In this document: one piece after another, positions 8,174 through 17,834 of the stretch
How the letters are laid out: every line of letters begins with the position of its first letter
Numbering within the stretch: position 1 is the first letter of the stretch
NCBI GenBank assembly: GCA_964558415.1
Contig: CAZLDI010000010.1
Span: forward strand, 37,520 to 101,519
Reading direction: 5' to 3'
DNA from: an uncultured Dehalococcoidia bacterium
GTDB lineage: Bacteria > Chloroflexota > Dehalococcoidia > SM23-28-2 > RBG-16-64-32
Length of the DNA: 64,000 nt
The notes under the pieces: generated by a model
Seen by the model: the letters and a program-made list of their open reading frames with translations, nothing else
What the model was told of the DNA's origin: nothing
The model's database searches: none
Position numbers and translations under genes: made by a program

Positions 8174-11100
8174 ATGACTAGCCGAGGTCGCACGCTCACT
8201 ACGGGGACGCGGTGGTGGAGGCGGTCCGTTTTGCCCCTGATCTCCGTTCTCACCCTATCTTCGCTACTCGGCGTCATGCAGGCAAGGGTCCCCGCAGCCG
8301 AAGCAGTGCTTCCCCCGCCGCCGGCAGTCGCGGAGTACGATTTCGGCGGGGCGGGCCCTCCCGGCGACCTTATCTTCGGAGGGCGCTCGGTCGGCGTCGA
8401 CATCAGTCCTTCCGACATAACCGTCGCGTTTGAAGGCTCGGAGAGCGGCGGGCTGGCGAAGACCACTGATGGCGGTGTGAGCTGGAACCACGTGTTTGGC
8501 TTCCCGCAGTTCCGCATGTCCGATGTCTCCTTCGATCCAAACGACTCAAACATTCTCTACGCCACAACCTTCTTCGACGGCGCCGTCCCCGCGCAGACAC
8601 AGTCGGGCGTCTGGCGAAGCACGAACGGAGGAGCGGCTTGGGGTCGCGCGTCTGTGCCTTTCGCCTGCACCAATACGCCGAACGCATACGGGATCGGCAC
8701 CGCCCTCGGAGCGGACACTCATCAGAAGGTGTTTGTGGGAACCGACTGCGGCGTCGCTTACAGCAACGACTCCGGGGCTACCTGGTCTTTCGCAGATCCC
8801 TCGGGTGGCGCGCCCACGGTGTTCTTTGACGTCGCCGCTGTCCGCACCGGCGCGAACACGGCGCAGGCGTACGCATGCTCCGGGGCGGCCGGCGTCTACA
8901 CCACCACGGTGGCCGGCGCCGCCGCGCCTGCCTGGACGCCGGTGCTCACCGCTTTCCCGGCCGTTGATATGAGCACTGGAAACTGGTGCCAGATAGCGAT
9001 CTCCCCGCTCAACACGAACGTCGTCTACCTCACGAACCAGAACTGTCCGGTCGTCGGGTCGTGCACCGGCGCCTTCGGCGCGCGCGTATACGAGATTGAC
9101 ATCCCGCCTGCCGGCGCGGCGACGATCACTGACCTCTCCGGCCCACTGGCAAACAACCGCGAGCCGTACGTGACGACGCACCGAGCGACCGATGGAGACG
9201 CCACCCACTTGGACGTCTTCTTCAACAACGGATTCGGTATGTACCGCCAGCACTGCATAAACGACGGCAACGCCGCAACTGTCGACTGCCCGAGCGGCGC
9301 GGACCCCAATTGTGCCGACGCCGTCGACAACGACGGCGATCAGATGGTGAACGAGGGGTGTGCGCCCGCTGGCCCGAACTGCGCGGGCGGCTCCACCCCG
9401 TGCCCCGAAAATAGCGGCTTGACACCCAGCCAGTGCAAAAACGCCGCCGACGACGATGGCGACGCCGTCGTGAACGATGGCTGCGAGGTGATGGAGTTCT
9501 TCACCAACGGCACGCATGTGGATACCACCGACCTCGCTTTCGATACGTCTTCGCCCACGGGATGTCCGCTGCTCACAAGCAACGACGGCGGCATCGGCAG
9601 AAGCACGAACTGCGGATCAACCTGGGCCGACAGCAACGCCGGGCGCCGCAAGCTGCAGATATACAACCTGTTTGGCACCCTCCGTGGCGCCGGGCCGACT
9701 CAGGCAGACCTGTACTTCGGCACGCAGGACAATGAGTGGTTCTTCACGCTGGACAACGGTGGCTCCTGGACCAAGGCATTTTGCTGTGAAGGGTTCCTCG
9801 GCCGGGTAGACTACCGCTCCCCGCCGGTGGCCCTGGGCGATATTCGTGCAACCTTCGTGAACTGCGCGGCCTGCAGCAATCAGACGTCCGAACGCGGCTT
9901 CGCATCGCGGGTCGCGTGGCCGAATCCGCCCGGGGGCGGTGGCAATCCGATCCCGTTCGGCAATGAGCGCTACGCCCAGTTCAGCAGTGACCTGGCGGTC
10001 GCGCCTAACTTCCAGCTCTATATCATGAGGCCTGAGACCGGTGCGCAATGCGCCAACAACACCGACGACGATCTCGACACCGGCATCAATAACGGTGGCG
10101 CCGGGGCGGTCAACGACGGGTGTCCGGCTGTCGGAGGCGCCGAGTCGGGCGCCCAGTGTCACAACAACACCGATGACGATGGCGGCGACGGTGGCGCTGT
10201 GAACGACGGCTGCTCGCACATCTTCAGCCCGGAGACCGGCGGCGAGTGCGGCAACGCAACCGATGACGACGGTGACAACGTCGTCAATGACGGCTGCCCG
10301 CAACAGGGGACCTTCTCGGAAACCGGAGCTGGGTGCCTGGATGCCGCCGACGACGCCGACGAGGACCCGAACACGGTCGGCAACCAGAACGACGATGCCG
10401 CCGGGGTCAATGACGGTTGCCCGGAAGTCGGGGTTTGGGGACCAATGGGCCCGACGTTCACGCAGCCACCCGACAGCCCGATCCAGCCGTCTGGTCCCGT
10501 CACAGGACCTTCGTTCTTCTTCACGGTAGATGTCGACACAAGCCAGAACGCCGACTCCCGGTTGCGGCGGATTGCCGGGCCGATGAACGTGGGCGCAACG
10601 CTGTCCGACGTGACTGGAACCGGCGCCAACACGCTCGGGGACGTCAACGCTTACTGCATCCAGTTCCTGTGCCCCCGGTTGTTCACTGTAGATCCGGCCG
10701 ACCCCACACGGCTCTATGCCGCGGATGACACGACGAACCAGATCAAGTTCAGCAACGACGCCGGCCTTAACTGGCAGGTCGATTCCGAATTGACGCCGCT
10801 GGTAACAAACAACGGGCAGTTCCTGTGGAACGGCTACACCGGTTCGCAGGTCACAAGCATTGCCTACGATCCCGAGGATGGCCAGCGCCTGCTCGTCGGC
10901 ACCGAAACAGCAGGAATATTCGCCTCCGTCAATGGCGGCGGCAACTGGTTCGAGATACGCGGTTCTGATGGGGTGGTTCCGCTTGCCTCGAGCTTCTTCT
11001 TTGACAACGACCACGACGTCATCTATGCGTCAACGTTCGGTCGCGGGTTGTGGACGCTGACACTTCCTGATGCGGACCTCAGCATCACGAAGTCTGACTT

Positions 11101-12997
11101 CCCCGACCCGGTGATGGCCGGACAGGAGCTGTTCTACACGATCACCGTAACGAACAACGGCCCCAACCCGGCCACTGCGCAGGTGATCGACATGCTTCCG
11201 CCGCAAGTGCAGTACATCGGAAACGACCTCGTGCCGCCGCTCGGCTGCACAGAGTCGCCGCCGGGTCTGTTGCGATGTGACGTGGGGGCGCTGGACACGG
11301 GCGACTCCATAACATTCGTGATCAAAGTCAGGGTCAGATCGAACGCAGCGCTGCCGAGCGGGTCGACGACGATCATCAATACCGCCACGGTCGTGAGCAC
11401 GGACACCACCGACCCTGACCTCACGGACAACACGGCCTCGGCCACGACGTTCGCGGAGGAGCTGTCAGATCTGACAGTCACAAAGATATGCAAGCCGGAC
11501 GGCCCCCTGCTGGCCGGCGAGACCGGCACGTGCACGATCTACGTCGACAATCTCGGCCCGTCTGACGCCCGGAGCGTGGTGATGGAAGACTCCATCGTCA
11601 GCGACGGGACCTTCACGATAGGCGCCATCGCAACCAGCCACGGCACGTGCAATCCACCGACTCTATTGAACGTGGTGCACTGCGACCTGGGCGACCTGAC
11701 TGCCCTCTCGCCGTCGTCGCCCGGGCGTGCGACGGTCACCGTAGACGTGACGGCGACGGAGCAGATGGACATTAACGACTTTGCCACGGTGGTGAGTGCA
11801 ACGCCCGATCCCGACATGTCCAACAACATGGCGCAAGAGTCGCTGAACGTTCAGGCCGTATCGAACCTGGCGCTGACGAAATTCGGCCCACCCAGTGCGA
11901 TCGCGGGCACAAACATCACCTACAACCTCACCGTTACCAACAACGGGCCCTCCACAGCCACGGGCGTGTTGATTGAGGATGTCCTGTCCAGCAGTGTGAC
12001 GGTCTTCTCTGTGATTGGAAGCGGCGGCGCCACCTGCAACGCCGGGTTTCCGGGCGACCCATTCCTGCCGACAACCTGCTCATACGGAAACCTGGCTCCG
12101 TTGGCGAGCCGGACGATGACCATCGTCGTGACGGTCAAGCCGGACGTCCTCGGCACGATCCATAACGATGCCCGTGCTCTTAGCCAGGTGTTCGATGACG
12201 ATGCTGTCAACAACCTCGCGACCGTCGCCACAAATGTGACCGGGGAAGCAGATGTGTCCGTGGTCAAGACCGCCACGCCCAACCCTGTTGTGGCGGGAAC
12301 GGCCCTCAGCTACCAGATTACCGTTAGCAACGCCGGACCTTCCGTGGCGGACGATGTCGTGCTCAGTGATCCCCTCAACCTGAGCCTCACTCTAACCTCG
12401 GTTTCCAGTGCTCAGGGAAGCTGCGGGCTCCAGACCAGCACCAACACCGTCGAATGCGCCATCGGCGACATCGCTCCGGGTGAATCGGTCGTGGTCTACA
12501 TCTACACCAACGTCGCCGCCTCGCGGTTGCCCAGCCCACCGTCTATTGCGAATACTGCGACGGTGTCGAGTGCCACCTTCGAAACGAACGGGGCGAACAA
12601 TTCGAGCATGATCACGACCGGAGTGATCACCCAGGCGGATCTCACCATCACGTTGACGTCGGACAAGGATGTCTACAAACCGTCCACCGTCATCCATTAC
12701 ACGATCACCGTGAAGAACCTCGGCCCTTCCGACGCCCAAAGCGTCGTGGTGACGCAAATGCTACCGCCGACGAAGACGGCGATCTACCAGGGCAACAACG
12801 TTGGCTGTCCGGCGCCCGTCGCCCTGACGTTTACCTGCTCTCTGGGTACCATTGAGGCCGGTGGGACGCGCGTAATTCACCTGGACCTGCTGATTCGCGG
12901 GAACAAGCGCACGATATTCCAGACTGCTACCGTCGTGTCGACTACGCCCGACCCGACGACTCCAAACACCTCAACCCGAATGGTAACGGTGAAGTAG
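8174..12997 (+). CDS. Large secreted protein: BNR/Asp-box (sortilin/Vps10-like) region interrupted by Cys/Asp-rich modules, plus five C-terminal DUF11 repeats
   Basis: The N-terminus is a signal-like RWWRRSVLPLISVLTLSSLL. There are about 7 S-x-D-x-G-x-x-W motifs (TTDGGVSW, STNGGAAW, SNDSGATW, STNCGSTW, LDNGGSW, SNDAGLNW, SVNGGGNW). There are about 6 C..DDDGD..VNDGC(P) modules. Five DUF11 units of the form DLSITK...AGQELFYTITVTNNGPNPA follow. Confidence 0.85.
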   Translation: MTSRGRTLTTGTRWWRRSVLPLISVLTLSSLLGVMQARVPAAEAVLPPPPAVAEYDFGGAGPPGDLIFGGRSVGVDISPSDITVAFEGSESGGLAKTTDGGVSWNHVFGFPQFRMSDVSFDPNDSNILYATTFFDGAVPAQTQSGVWRSTNGGAAWGRASVPFACTNTPNAYGIGTALGADTHQKVFVGTDCGVAYSNDSGATWSFADPSGGAPTVFFDVAAVRTGANTAQAYACSGAAGVYTTTVAGAAAPAWTPVLTAFPAVDMSTGNWCQIAISPLNTNVVYLTNQNCPVVGSCTGAFGARVYEIDIPPAGAATITDLSGPLANNREPYVTTHRATDGDATHLDVFFNNGFGMYRQHCINDGNAATVDCPSGADPNCADAVDNDGDQMVNEGCAPAGPNCAGGSTPCPENSGLTPSQCKNAADDDGDAVVNDGCEVMEFFTNGTHVDTTDLAFDTSSPTGCPLLTSNDGGIGRSTNCGSTWADSNAGRRKLQIYNLFGTLRGAGPTQADLYFGTQDNEWFFTLDNGGSWTKAFCCEGFLGRVDYRSPPVALGDIRATFVNCAACSNQTSERGFASRVAWPNPPGGGGNPIPFGNERYAQFSSDLAVAPNFQLYIMRPETGAQCANNTDDDLDTGINNGGAGAVNDGCPAVGGAESGAQCHNNTDDDGGDGGAVNDGCSHIFSPETGGECGNATDDDGDNVVNDGCPQQGTFSETGAGCLDAADDADEDPNTVGNQNDDAAGVNDGCPEVGVWGPMGPTFTQPPDSPIQPSGPVTGPSFFFTVDVDTSQNADSRLRRIAGPMNVGATLSDVTGTGANTLGDVNAYCIQFLCPRLFTVDPADPTRLYAADDTTNQIKFSNDAGLNWQVDSELTPLVTNNGQFLWNGYTGSQVTSIAYDPEDGQRLLVGTETAGIFASVNGGGNWFEIRGSDGVVPLASSFFFDNDHDVIYASTFGRGLWTLTLPDADLSITKSDFPDPVMAGQELFYTITVTNNGPNPATAQVIDMLPPQVQYIGNDLVPPLGCTESPPGLLRCDVGALDTGDSITFVIKVRVRSNAALPSGSTTIINTATVVSTDTTDPDLTDNTASATTFAEELSDLTVTKICKPDGPLLAGETGTCTIYVDNLGPSDARSVVMEDSIVSDGTFTIGAIATSHGTCNPPTLLNVVHCDLGDLTALSPSSPGRATVTVDVTATEQMDINDFATVVSATPDPDMSNNMAQESLNVQAVSNLALTKFGPPSAIAGTNITYNLTVTNNGPSTATGVLIEDVLSSSVTVFSVIGSGGATCNAGFPGDPFLPTTCSYGNLAPLASRTMTIVVTVKPDVLGTIHNDARALSQVFDDDAVNNLATVATNVTGEADVSVVKTATPNPVVAGTALSYQITVSNAGPSVADDVVLSDPLNLSLTLTSVSSAQGSCGLQTSTNTVECAIGDIAPGESVVVYIYTNVAASRLPSPPSIANTATVSSATFETNGANNSSMITTGVITQADLTITLTSDKDVYKPSTVIHYTITVKNLGPSDAQSVVVTQMLPPTKTAIYQGNNVGCPAPVALTFTCSLGTIEAGGTRVIHLDLLIRGNKRTIFQTATVVSTTPDPTTPNTSTRMVTVK

Positions 12998-13017
12998 GCC
13001 TGGACCACGGAAGCGTG

Positions 13018-13060
13018 AAGCGGGGGATGCTCACCACACAGTCGCGAGCATCCCCCGCTT
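13018..13060. terminator. Perfect 15-bp-stem hairpin between convergent genes (bidirectional terminator candidate)
   Basis: aagcgggggatgctc-N13-gagcatcccccgctt. It lies 20 nt after the stop at 12997 and about 100 nt beyond the stop of the minus-strand P450. Confidence 0.6.
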
Positions 13061-13164
13061 GTATTCAAACGCTCTCTCCTGGGCCTGACAGGGCGCTTTG
13101 GTTGCCTGGCTGAGACTCCCCGTCCGCCGCAAGGAGGGGCGGCAGCTTCAGCTCCGTCCAGCGC

Positions 13165-14388
13165 TCAGCCTGCGGAAAGCCGCAGCGCCTTCACCCCACG
13201 CACCGCGAACGTCCCTCCCCACTCGGGGTTCGGGTCCAGCAGCCGCAGGCGCGCAAAGCGCTTCAGCAGCGACGCGAACGCTATCTGCGCCTCCACGCGC
13301 GCCAGCGGCGCGCCGAGGCAAAAGTGAATGCCGTCCCCGAACGCCACGCTGTCGGTAGGATTTCGCGAAACGTCCAGCCTGTCGGGATCGGCGTACTTCG
13401 CCGGGTCGCGGTTCGCCGCCGCCAGTATCGCTATCACAATCTCCCCGCGGGCAATCCTTACACCCCCGATATCGGCGTCCACCGAAGCCAAGCGGCGCGT
13501 GGTATGCACGGGGCCGCTGTGCCGCAGAAACTCCTCGATGGCGGACGGCACAAGCGCTGGGTCGGCGCGCAGGCGCTCAAGCTCCGCGGGATGCCGCAAG
13601 AGCGCAAGCATCCCGTTTGAGATCAGGTGCGTCGTTGTCTCGTTTCCGGCCACCAGGAGGAGGGCTATCGTGCCCAGGATCTCGTCCTCGCTCAGCACGG
13701 AGTCCTGCTCCTCCGCCGCCACGAGCCTGCTTATCAGGTCGTCCTGAGGCTCGCGCCGCCGCGCCTCCATCACCGCCGATACGTACTCCACAAGCTCCTC
13801 GTTGCTCCGCCGCGCCTCCGCCAGCAGGCTGTAGTCCCCGCCCAGCGTCGCGATCATTGCGTCCGACCAGCGCTTGAACCGCTCGCGGTCCTCCCGCGGG
13901 ATGCCCAGCATCTCCGCGATCACGATCACCGGCAGCGGCCAGGCCAGCGTCGGTACCAGGTCGAATTCGCCGCCATCCAGCGAGTCCAGCAGCTCGTCCA
14001 CGATCTGCTGAATCAAGGGGCGCAGGTTCTCGATGCTGCGCGGCGTGAAAGCCTTGCTCACCAGCCGCCGCAGGCGCGTGTGCTCCGGCGGCTCCGTCGA
14101 AAGCATCGTCTCCACGCGGCCCAGGAGGCGCTCCGGGCCTTCCCGCCGCTCGCGCGACAACCTGATCCGCCCACCGCGCCCCGCCGCCTCACCGAAGCGA
14201 GAGTCCGTCAGCAATTGCCGCACCTCGGCGTAACCGGTCACCAGCCACGCCCCGTTCGCCCCACTGCGGTGAACACGGCCGAGTTCGCGCAGCGCGTGGT
14301 ACGCGGGGTACGGGTCCCCCATCAACTCCGGCGAAAACGGATCGGGCGTGTCTCTGTTCATCTGCTTGCCTGGTCTCGGCGTCATCAT
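13165..14388 (-). CDS. Cytochrome P450 (paralogue of 6007-7212)
   Basis: Motifs: EPPEHTRLRRLVSKAFTPRSIENLRP, LLLVAGNETT, EEFLRH and the heme loop FGDGIHFCLGAPLAR. The start is trimmed to ATG 14388 (alternative 14361); the track start 14592 adds an implausible Ala/Arg-rich extension. Confidence 0.85.
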   Translation of the reverse strand: MMTPRPGKQMNRDTPDPFSPELMGDPYPAYHALRELGRVHRSGANGAWLVTGYAEVRQLLTDSRFGEAAGRGGRIRLSRERREGPERLLGRVETMLSTEPPEHTRLRRLVSKAFTPRSIENLRPLIQQIVDELLDSLDGGEFDLVPTLAWPLPVIVIAEMLGIPREDRERFKRWSDAMIATLGGDYSLLAEARRSNEELVEYVSAVMEARRREPQDDLISRLVAAEEQDSVLSEDEILGTIALLLVAGNETTTHLISNGMLALLRHPAELERLRADPALVPSAIEEFLRHSGPVHTTRRLASVDADIGGVRIARGEIVIAILAAANRDPAKYADPDRLDVSRNPTDSVAFGDGIHFCLGAPLARVEAQIAFASLLKRFARLRLLDPNPEWGGTFAVRGVKALRLSAG

Positions 14389-14455
14389 TAGAGTCCCTGC
14401 TGCCGCGCGAGTCAACCGCTCAGCACGTTGACCCCCGGCGAAGCCCCTCTTACGC

Positions 14456-15535
14456 TTGCCCGAGAGCGAACCCTTGGACGTTGCGATCGTAGGCCTTCCC
14501 CAGTCCGGCAAGAGCACGCTGTTCGCCGCCCTCGCCGCCGGGCACGCCAGCGCCACCGCCGACGCCCGCGCCGGCAGCGTCGGCGTCGTCAAGCTCCCGG
14601 ACGAGCGCCTCTACCGGCTCGCCGCCCTCGTGCAGGCGAAGAAGGTCACGCCGATCGAGGTCGCGCTGCACGACCTGCCCGCCCTCTTCGAGCGCGGCGC
14701 CGCGCCCTCCGGCCCGGCCGCCGAGACGCTGTCCCGCGCCGAGGCGCTACTCCACGTCGTCTGGGCCTTCGACCGGCCCGACGGCGACCCGGCCACTGAC
14801 GTGAAGACCTTCGACGCCGAACTGATGCTCTTCGACCTCGGCATCATCGAGCGGCGTCTCGAGAAGCTTGACATCACGGTACGATCGGGCCGCCCGGATG
14901 AGCGCGAGAGCGGCGGGCGCGAGCAGGCGCTCCTCCAACGCTGCAAGCAGCACCTGGAACGCGAGGAACCGCTGCGCGACGTGATGACCGACGCCCAGGA
15001 CGTGAAGGCGCTATCCAACTTCGGGCTCCTGTCGCTCAAGCCGATGCTCTGTGTCCTGAACCTCGGCGAAGAAGACGCCGGCGACGCAGCTTCGATTGCC
15101 GACAAGCACCGTCCGGCCCTGGCCGGCGCGGGAACAAGCGTCGTCGCCATCTGCGCGAAGCTGGAGGCGGAGCTCGCCGAACTCTCCCCGGACGACGCCG
15201 CCGAGTTCCGCCGCGAGATGGGCGTCGAAGCCGGCGCGACCGATCGGGTGCTTGCCGCGCTCCAGGAGCTGCTGGCCCTCATCACCTTCTTCACCGCAGG
15301 CGAGAAGGAGACGCGCGCCTGGACGCTGCCCGCCGGTGGCACCGCGCTCCAGGCCGCCGGCCGCATCCACACTGACATCGAACGCGGCTTCATCCGCGCC
15401 GAGGTGATCGCCTGGGACAAGCTGCTCGAACTCGGTTCGCACGTCGAGGCGCGGAAGGTCGGGCAACTGCGCACGGAAGGCAAGCAGTACCTGGTGCACG
15501 ACGGCGATGTGATCAACGTGCTGTTTAACGTCTAG
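14456..15535 (+). CDS. ychF: Redox-regulated/ribosome-binding ATPase YchF
   Basis: P-loop VAIVGLPQSGKST, and the C-terminal TGS-like end FFTAGEKETRAWTLPAGGTALQAAGRIHTDIERGFIRAEVI...LVHDGDVINVLFNV. Confidence 0.9.
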   Translation: MPESEPLDVAIVGLPQSGKSTLFAALAAGHASATADARAGSVGVVKLPDERLYRLAALVQAKKVTPIEVALHDLPALFERGAAPSGPAAETLSRAEALLHVVWAFDRPDGDPATDVKTFDAELMLFDLGIIERRLEKLDITVRSGRPDERESGGREQALLQRCKQHLEREEPLRDVMTDAQDVKALSNFGLLSLKPMLCVLNLGEEDAGDAASIADKHRPALAGAGTSVVAICAKLEAELAELSPDDAAEFRREMGVEAGATDRVLAALQELLALITFFTAGEKETRAWTLPAGGTALQAAGRIHTDIERGFIRAEVIAWDKLLELGSHVEARKVGQLRTEGKQYLVHDGDVINVLFNV

Positions 15536-15559
15536 CGCCGATCACCCGCAACCAACCCC

Positions 15560-15571
15560 TATAATATCCCC
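15560..15571 (+). promoter_or_regulatory. -10 box TATAAT + ATCCCC spacer abutting GTG 15572 (leaderless-type)
   Basis: TATAAT at 15560-15565, a 6-nt spacer, then GTG. Confidence 0.45.
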
Positions 15572-15949
15572 GTGTCCATCCTCTCTCTACACCACGTCCA
15601 GCTAAACATCCCTGCTGGTCAGTCGGACGAAGCGCGGCGCTTCTACGCGGAGTTGCTGGGGCTTGAAGAGATGCCCAGACCGCGGTCCCTCAGCGCCGCC
15701 GGACGGAAGGGCGCCTGGTACCACTGTGGCGACCAGGAGCTCCACATCTTCTTCAACCCCGACCCGGAGTCAACCTCCGATACCAGCAGCCGCCATCCCG
15801 CCTTCCTCATGGACGGCCTCGGTGCGCTCGCCGACCGCCTGCGTGAGGCCGGCGTCCCTGTTGAGCAAGCGATCCCGATTGACGGGCGCGAGCGCTTCTT
15901 CTGCCGCGACCCCGGCGGCAACCGGCTGGAGTTCCTCTCTCTCACGTAG
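15572..15949 (+). CDS. VOC (glyoxalase/bleomycin-resistance/dioxygenase) family protein
   Basis: The 125-aa ORF has HHVQLNIP...ARRFYAELLGLEE...HPAFLMD...RFFCRDPGGNRLEF. Confidence 0.75.
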   Translation: MSILSLHHVQLNIPAGQSDEARRFYAELLGLEEMPRPRSLSAAGRKGAWYHCGDQELHIFFNPDPESTSDTSSRHPAFLMDGLGALADRLREAGVPVEQAIPIDGRERFFCRDPGGNRLEFLSLT

Positions 15950-16774
15950 ATGGAGTCTCGTGAACTCAACGTCCTCATCGCAGCTGAGGCGATCGCGGCG
16001 CATGAAGGCGGGCCGCCCGTCGCCGTCGCCACGGTCATTGAGGCGCCGCCCGGCGCTGAGGCGCTCGTCGGCGCGAAGCTCCTCGTCCGGGCTGACGGCT
16101 CAACCGCAGGCGCTATCGGCGAAGCCCGGTTAGCTGCCGCCATCGTCGCTCAGGCGCGTGACGCCCTCCGCCGCGGCGGGGTTGAAACGGTCTACCTGAC
16201 ACCTGAGGGCCGCCGCGTCAGCAGGACCGATTCGGGCGATGCCGTCAGCGTCATGCTGGAAGTGCACCAGCGCCCCGCCCGGCTGCTGATCGTCGGCGGC
16301 GGCCACGTGGGTAAGGCGCTGGCCACGATAGGCCACCTCTGCGGGTTCACGATCGAGGTCATCGACGACCGCCCCGAGTTCGCCAACGCTGATCGCTTCC
16401 CGGAGGCGGAGCGCATCACCTGCGGCCGCTTCGAGGAGGTCCTCCGCGATTACCCGGTCGATTCCAGCACCCACGCCGTTTGCGTCACCCGCGGCCACAA
16501 GCACGACGAGACCAGCCTGCGCCTCCTCGCCGCCTCGCCCGCCGCCTACGTCGGCATGATCGGCTCCAAGCGGCGCGTCGCGGCGGTGCTCCAGCACATC
16601 GTCGAGGACGGCGTCGACGCGGACGCGGTCGCTCGCGTGCACACGCCGATCGGTCTGGACATCGGAGCGGAGACGCCGGAGGAGATCGCCGTTGCGATCA
16701 TGGCGGAGATCATCCTGACGCGTCGCGGCGGTACCGCCGTCCGAATGCGCCGGACGCAGACCCGCCCTCAGTAG
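15950..16774 (+). CDS. XdhC/CoxI-family molybdoenzyme maturation factor (both domains)
   Basis: N-terminal XdhC_CoxI pattern, then the Rossmann-like LLIVGGGHVGKALA and HTPIGLDIGAETPEEIAVAIMAEII. Confidence 0.8.
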   Translation: MESRELNVLIAAEAIAAHEGGPPVAVATVIEAPPGAEALVGAKLLVRADGSTAGAIGEARLAAAIVAQARDALRRGGVETVYLTPEGRRVSRTDSGDAVSVMLEVHQRPARLLIVGGGHVGKALATIGHLCGFTIEVIDDRPEFANADRFPEAERITCGRFEEVLRDYPVDSSTHAVCVTRGHKHDETSLRLLAASPAAYVGMIGSKRRVAAVLQHIVEDGVDADAVARVHTPIGLDIGAETPEEIAVAIMAEIILTRRGGTAVRMRRTQTRPQ

Positions 16775-17020
16775 TGGCGCTGGGACGCGCTCGTACCCCG
16801 AGCCTCCAGCGCATGGTCTACCGCTCGTCCTGAGGCTCTCGTAGGACGAGCGGAGTGGTGATCTCTCGCCTCAGCGGACCCCCGGTTCGGGCAGTTCACC
16901 CAGCGGCTGACGCGTTATTGCATAAACGAATTGACATTATAGCTATTCCTATTCTACGCTTGGCCCTGGTCGTTGCGGCGGTGTCCGCACGTTCACGGTT
17001 AGCCGACAAGGAGGGCCGAT

Positions 17021-17773
17021 ATGGGCCAGTTTGACATGTCAGCGGAGTCGCTCGGCTTCACCAGCGCCGACATCACACCAAAGACATACCGCGCGGCGCT
17101 CGCCGAATTCATCGCGACGCTGCTATTCGTGTTTATCGGCGCCGGGAGCGTCGTGACCGTCGGAGGGGTACTGAGCTCGCCGCTTGAGGGAGGATCGCTC
17201 ACGGCAGTGGCGTTGGCGCACGGGTTGGCGATCGCCGTGCTCGTAGCGGCGACGGCGAAGATCTCCGGTGGACATATCAACCCCGCCGTGACCTTTGCGG
17301 CCGTGGTCACCCGCCGAATGAAGGTGGGTCCCGGCCTGCTGTATGTGGCGGCACAGCTACTCGGCGCCGTCGTTGCGGCCCTTCTCCTGGATGCGGTAGT
17401 GTTGTCCAGCTTCGAGGGTAGCCTGGGCGCGCACTCGCTGAATACAGAAGCCCTATCGAGCGATGGGGCTGGAGTGGTCGTTGAGATCATCCTGACATTC
17501 CTGCTGGTCTTCGTCGTCTTCGCGACCGCGATCGACAAGCGCGGGATGGCGAACCTCGCGCCGATCGCAATCGGACTGGCTGTGCTGATCGACCACTTCG
17601 TGGGCGTGCCGCTCACGGGGGCGTCGATGAACCCCGCGCGCTCGTTCGGGCCGGCGCTGGTGGCGAACGAATGGAGCGACCACTGGGTCTACTGGGTGGG
17701 CCCGCTGGCGGGCGGCGCACTGGCGGCGCTCGTGTACCAGTACGTCTTCCTGGCCGACGACGACGAAGCGTAG
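17021..17773 (+). CDS. MIP-family aquaporin
   Basis: Two NPA boxes (GGHINPAVTFA and GASMNPARSFGPA), six hydrophobic segments, and an AAGGAGGG SD upstream. Confidence 0.9.
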   Translation: MGQFDMSAESLGFTSADITPKTYRAALAEFIATLLFVFIGAGSVVTVGGVLSSPLEGGSLTAVALAHGLAIAVLVAATAKISGGHINPAVTFAAVVTRRMKVGPGLLYVAAQLLGAVVAALLLDAVVLSSFEGSLGAHSLNTEALSSDGAGVVVEIILTFLLVFVVFATAIDKRGMANLAPIAIGLAVLIDHFVGVPLTGASMNPARSFGPALVANEWSDHWVYWVGPLAGGALAALVYQYVFLADDDEA

Positions 17774-17834
17774 CGGCGACGGCGATAGAGGTCGCGCCGG
17801 GTAAGCCAGCAGTTCCGCCGAGCTTCGCCGGCCC

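Noticed and set aside
9617-11014. 465-aa minus-strand ORF (plus 8546-9517, 10159-10647 and others) antisense to the 1607-aa gene
   Set aside because: These are typical high-GC antisense open frames with Arg/Ala/Gly-rich, motif-free products. The plus-strand frame carries clear Asp-box and DUF11 motifs.
16821-16853. Hairpin ccgctcgtcct-N11-aggacgagcgg after the XdhC gene as an intrinsic terminator
   Set aside because: The 11-bp stem is good but no U tract follows (agtggtgatctc). It may still act as a terminator or stabiliser in this organism, but the evidence is insufficient to list it as a feature.
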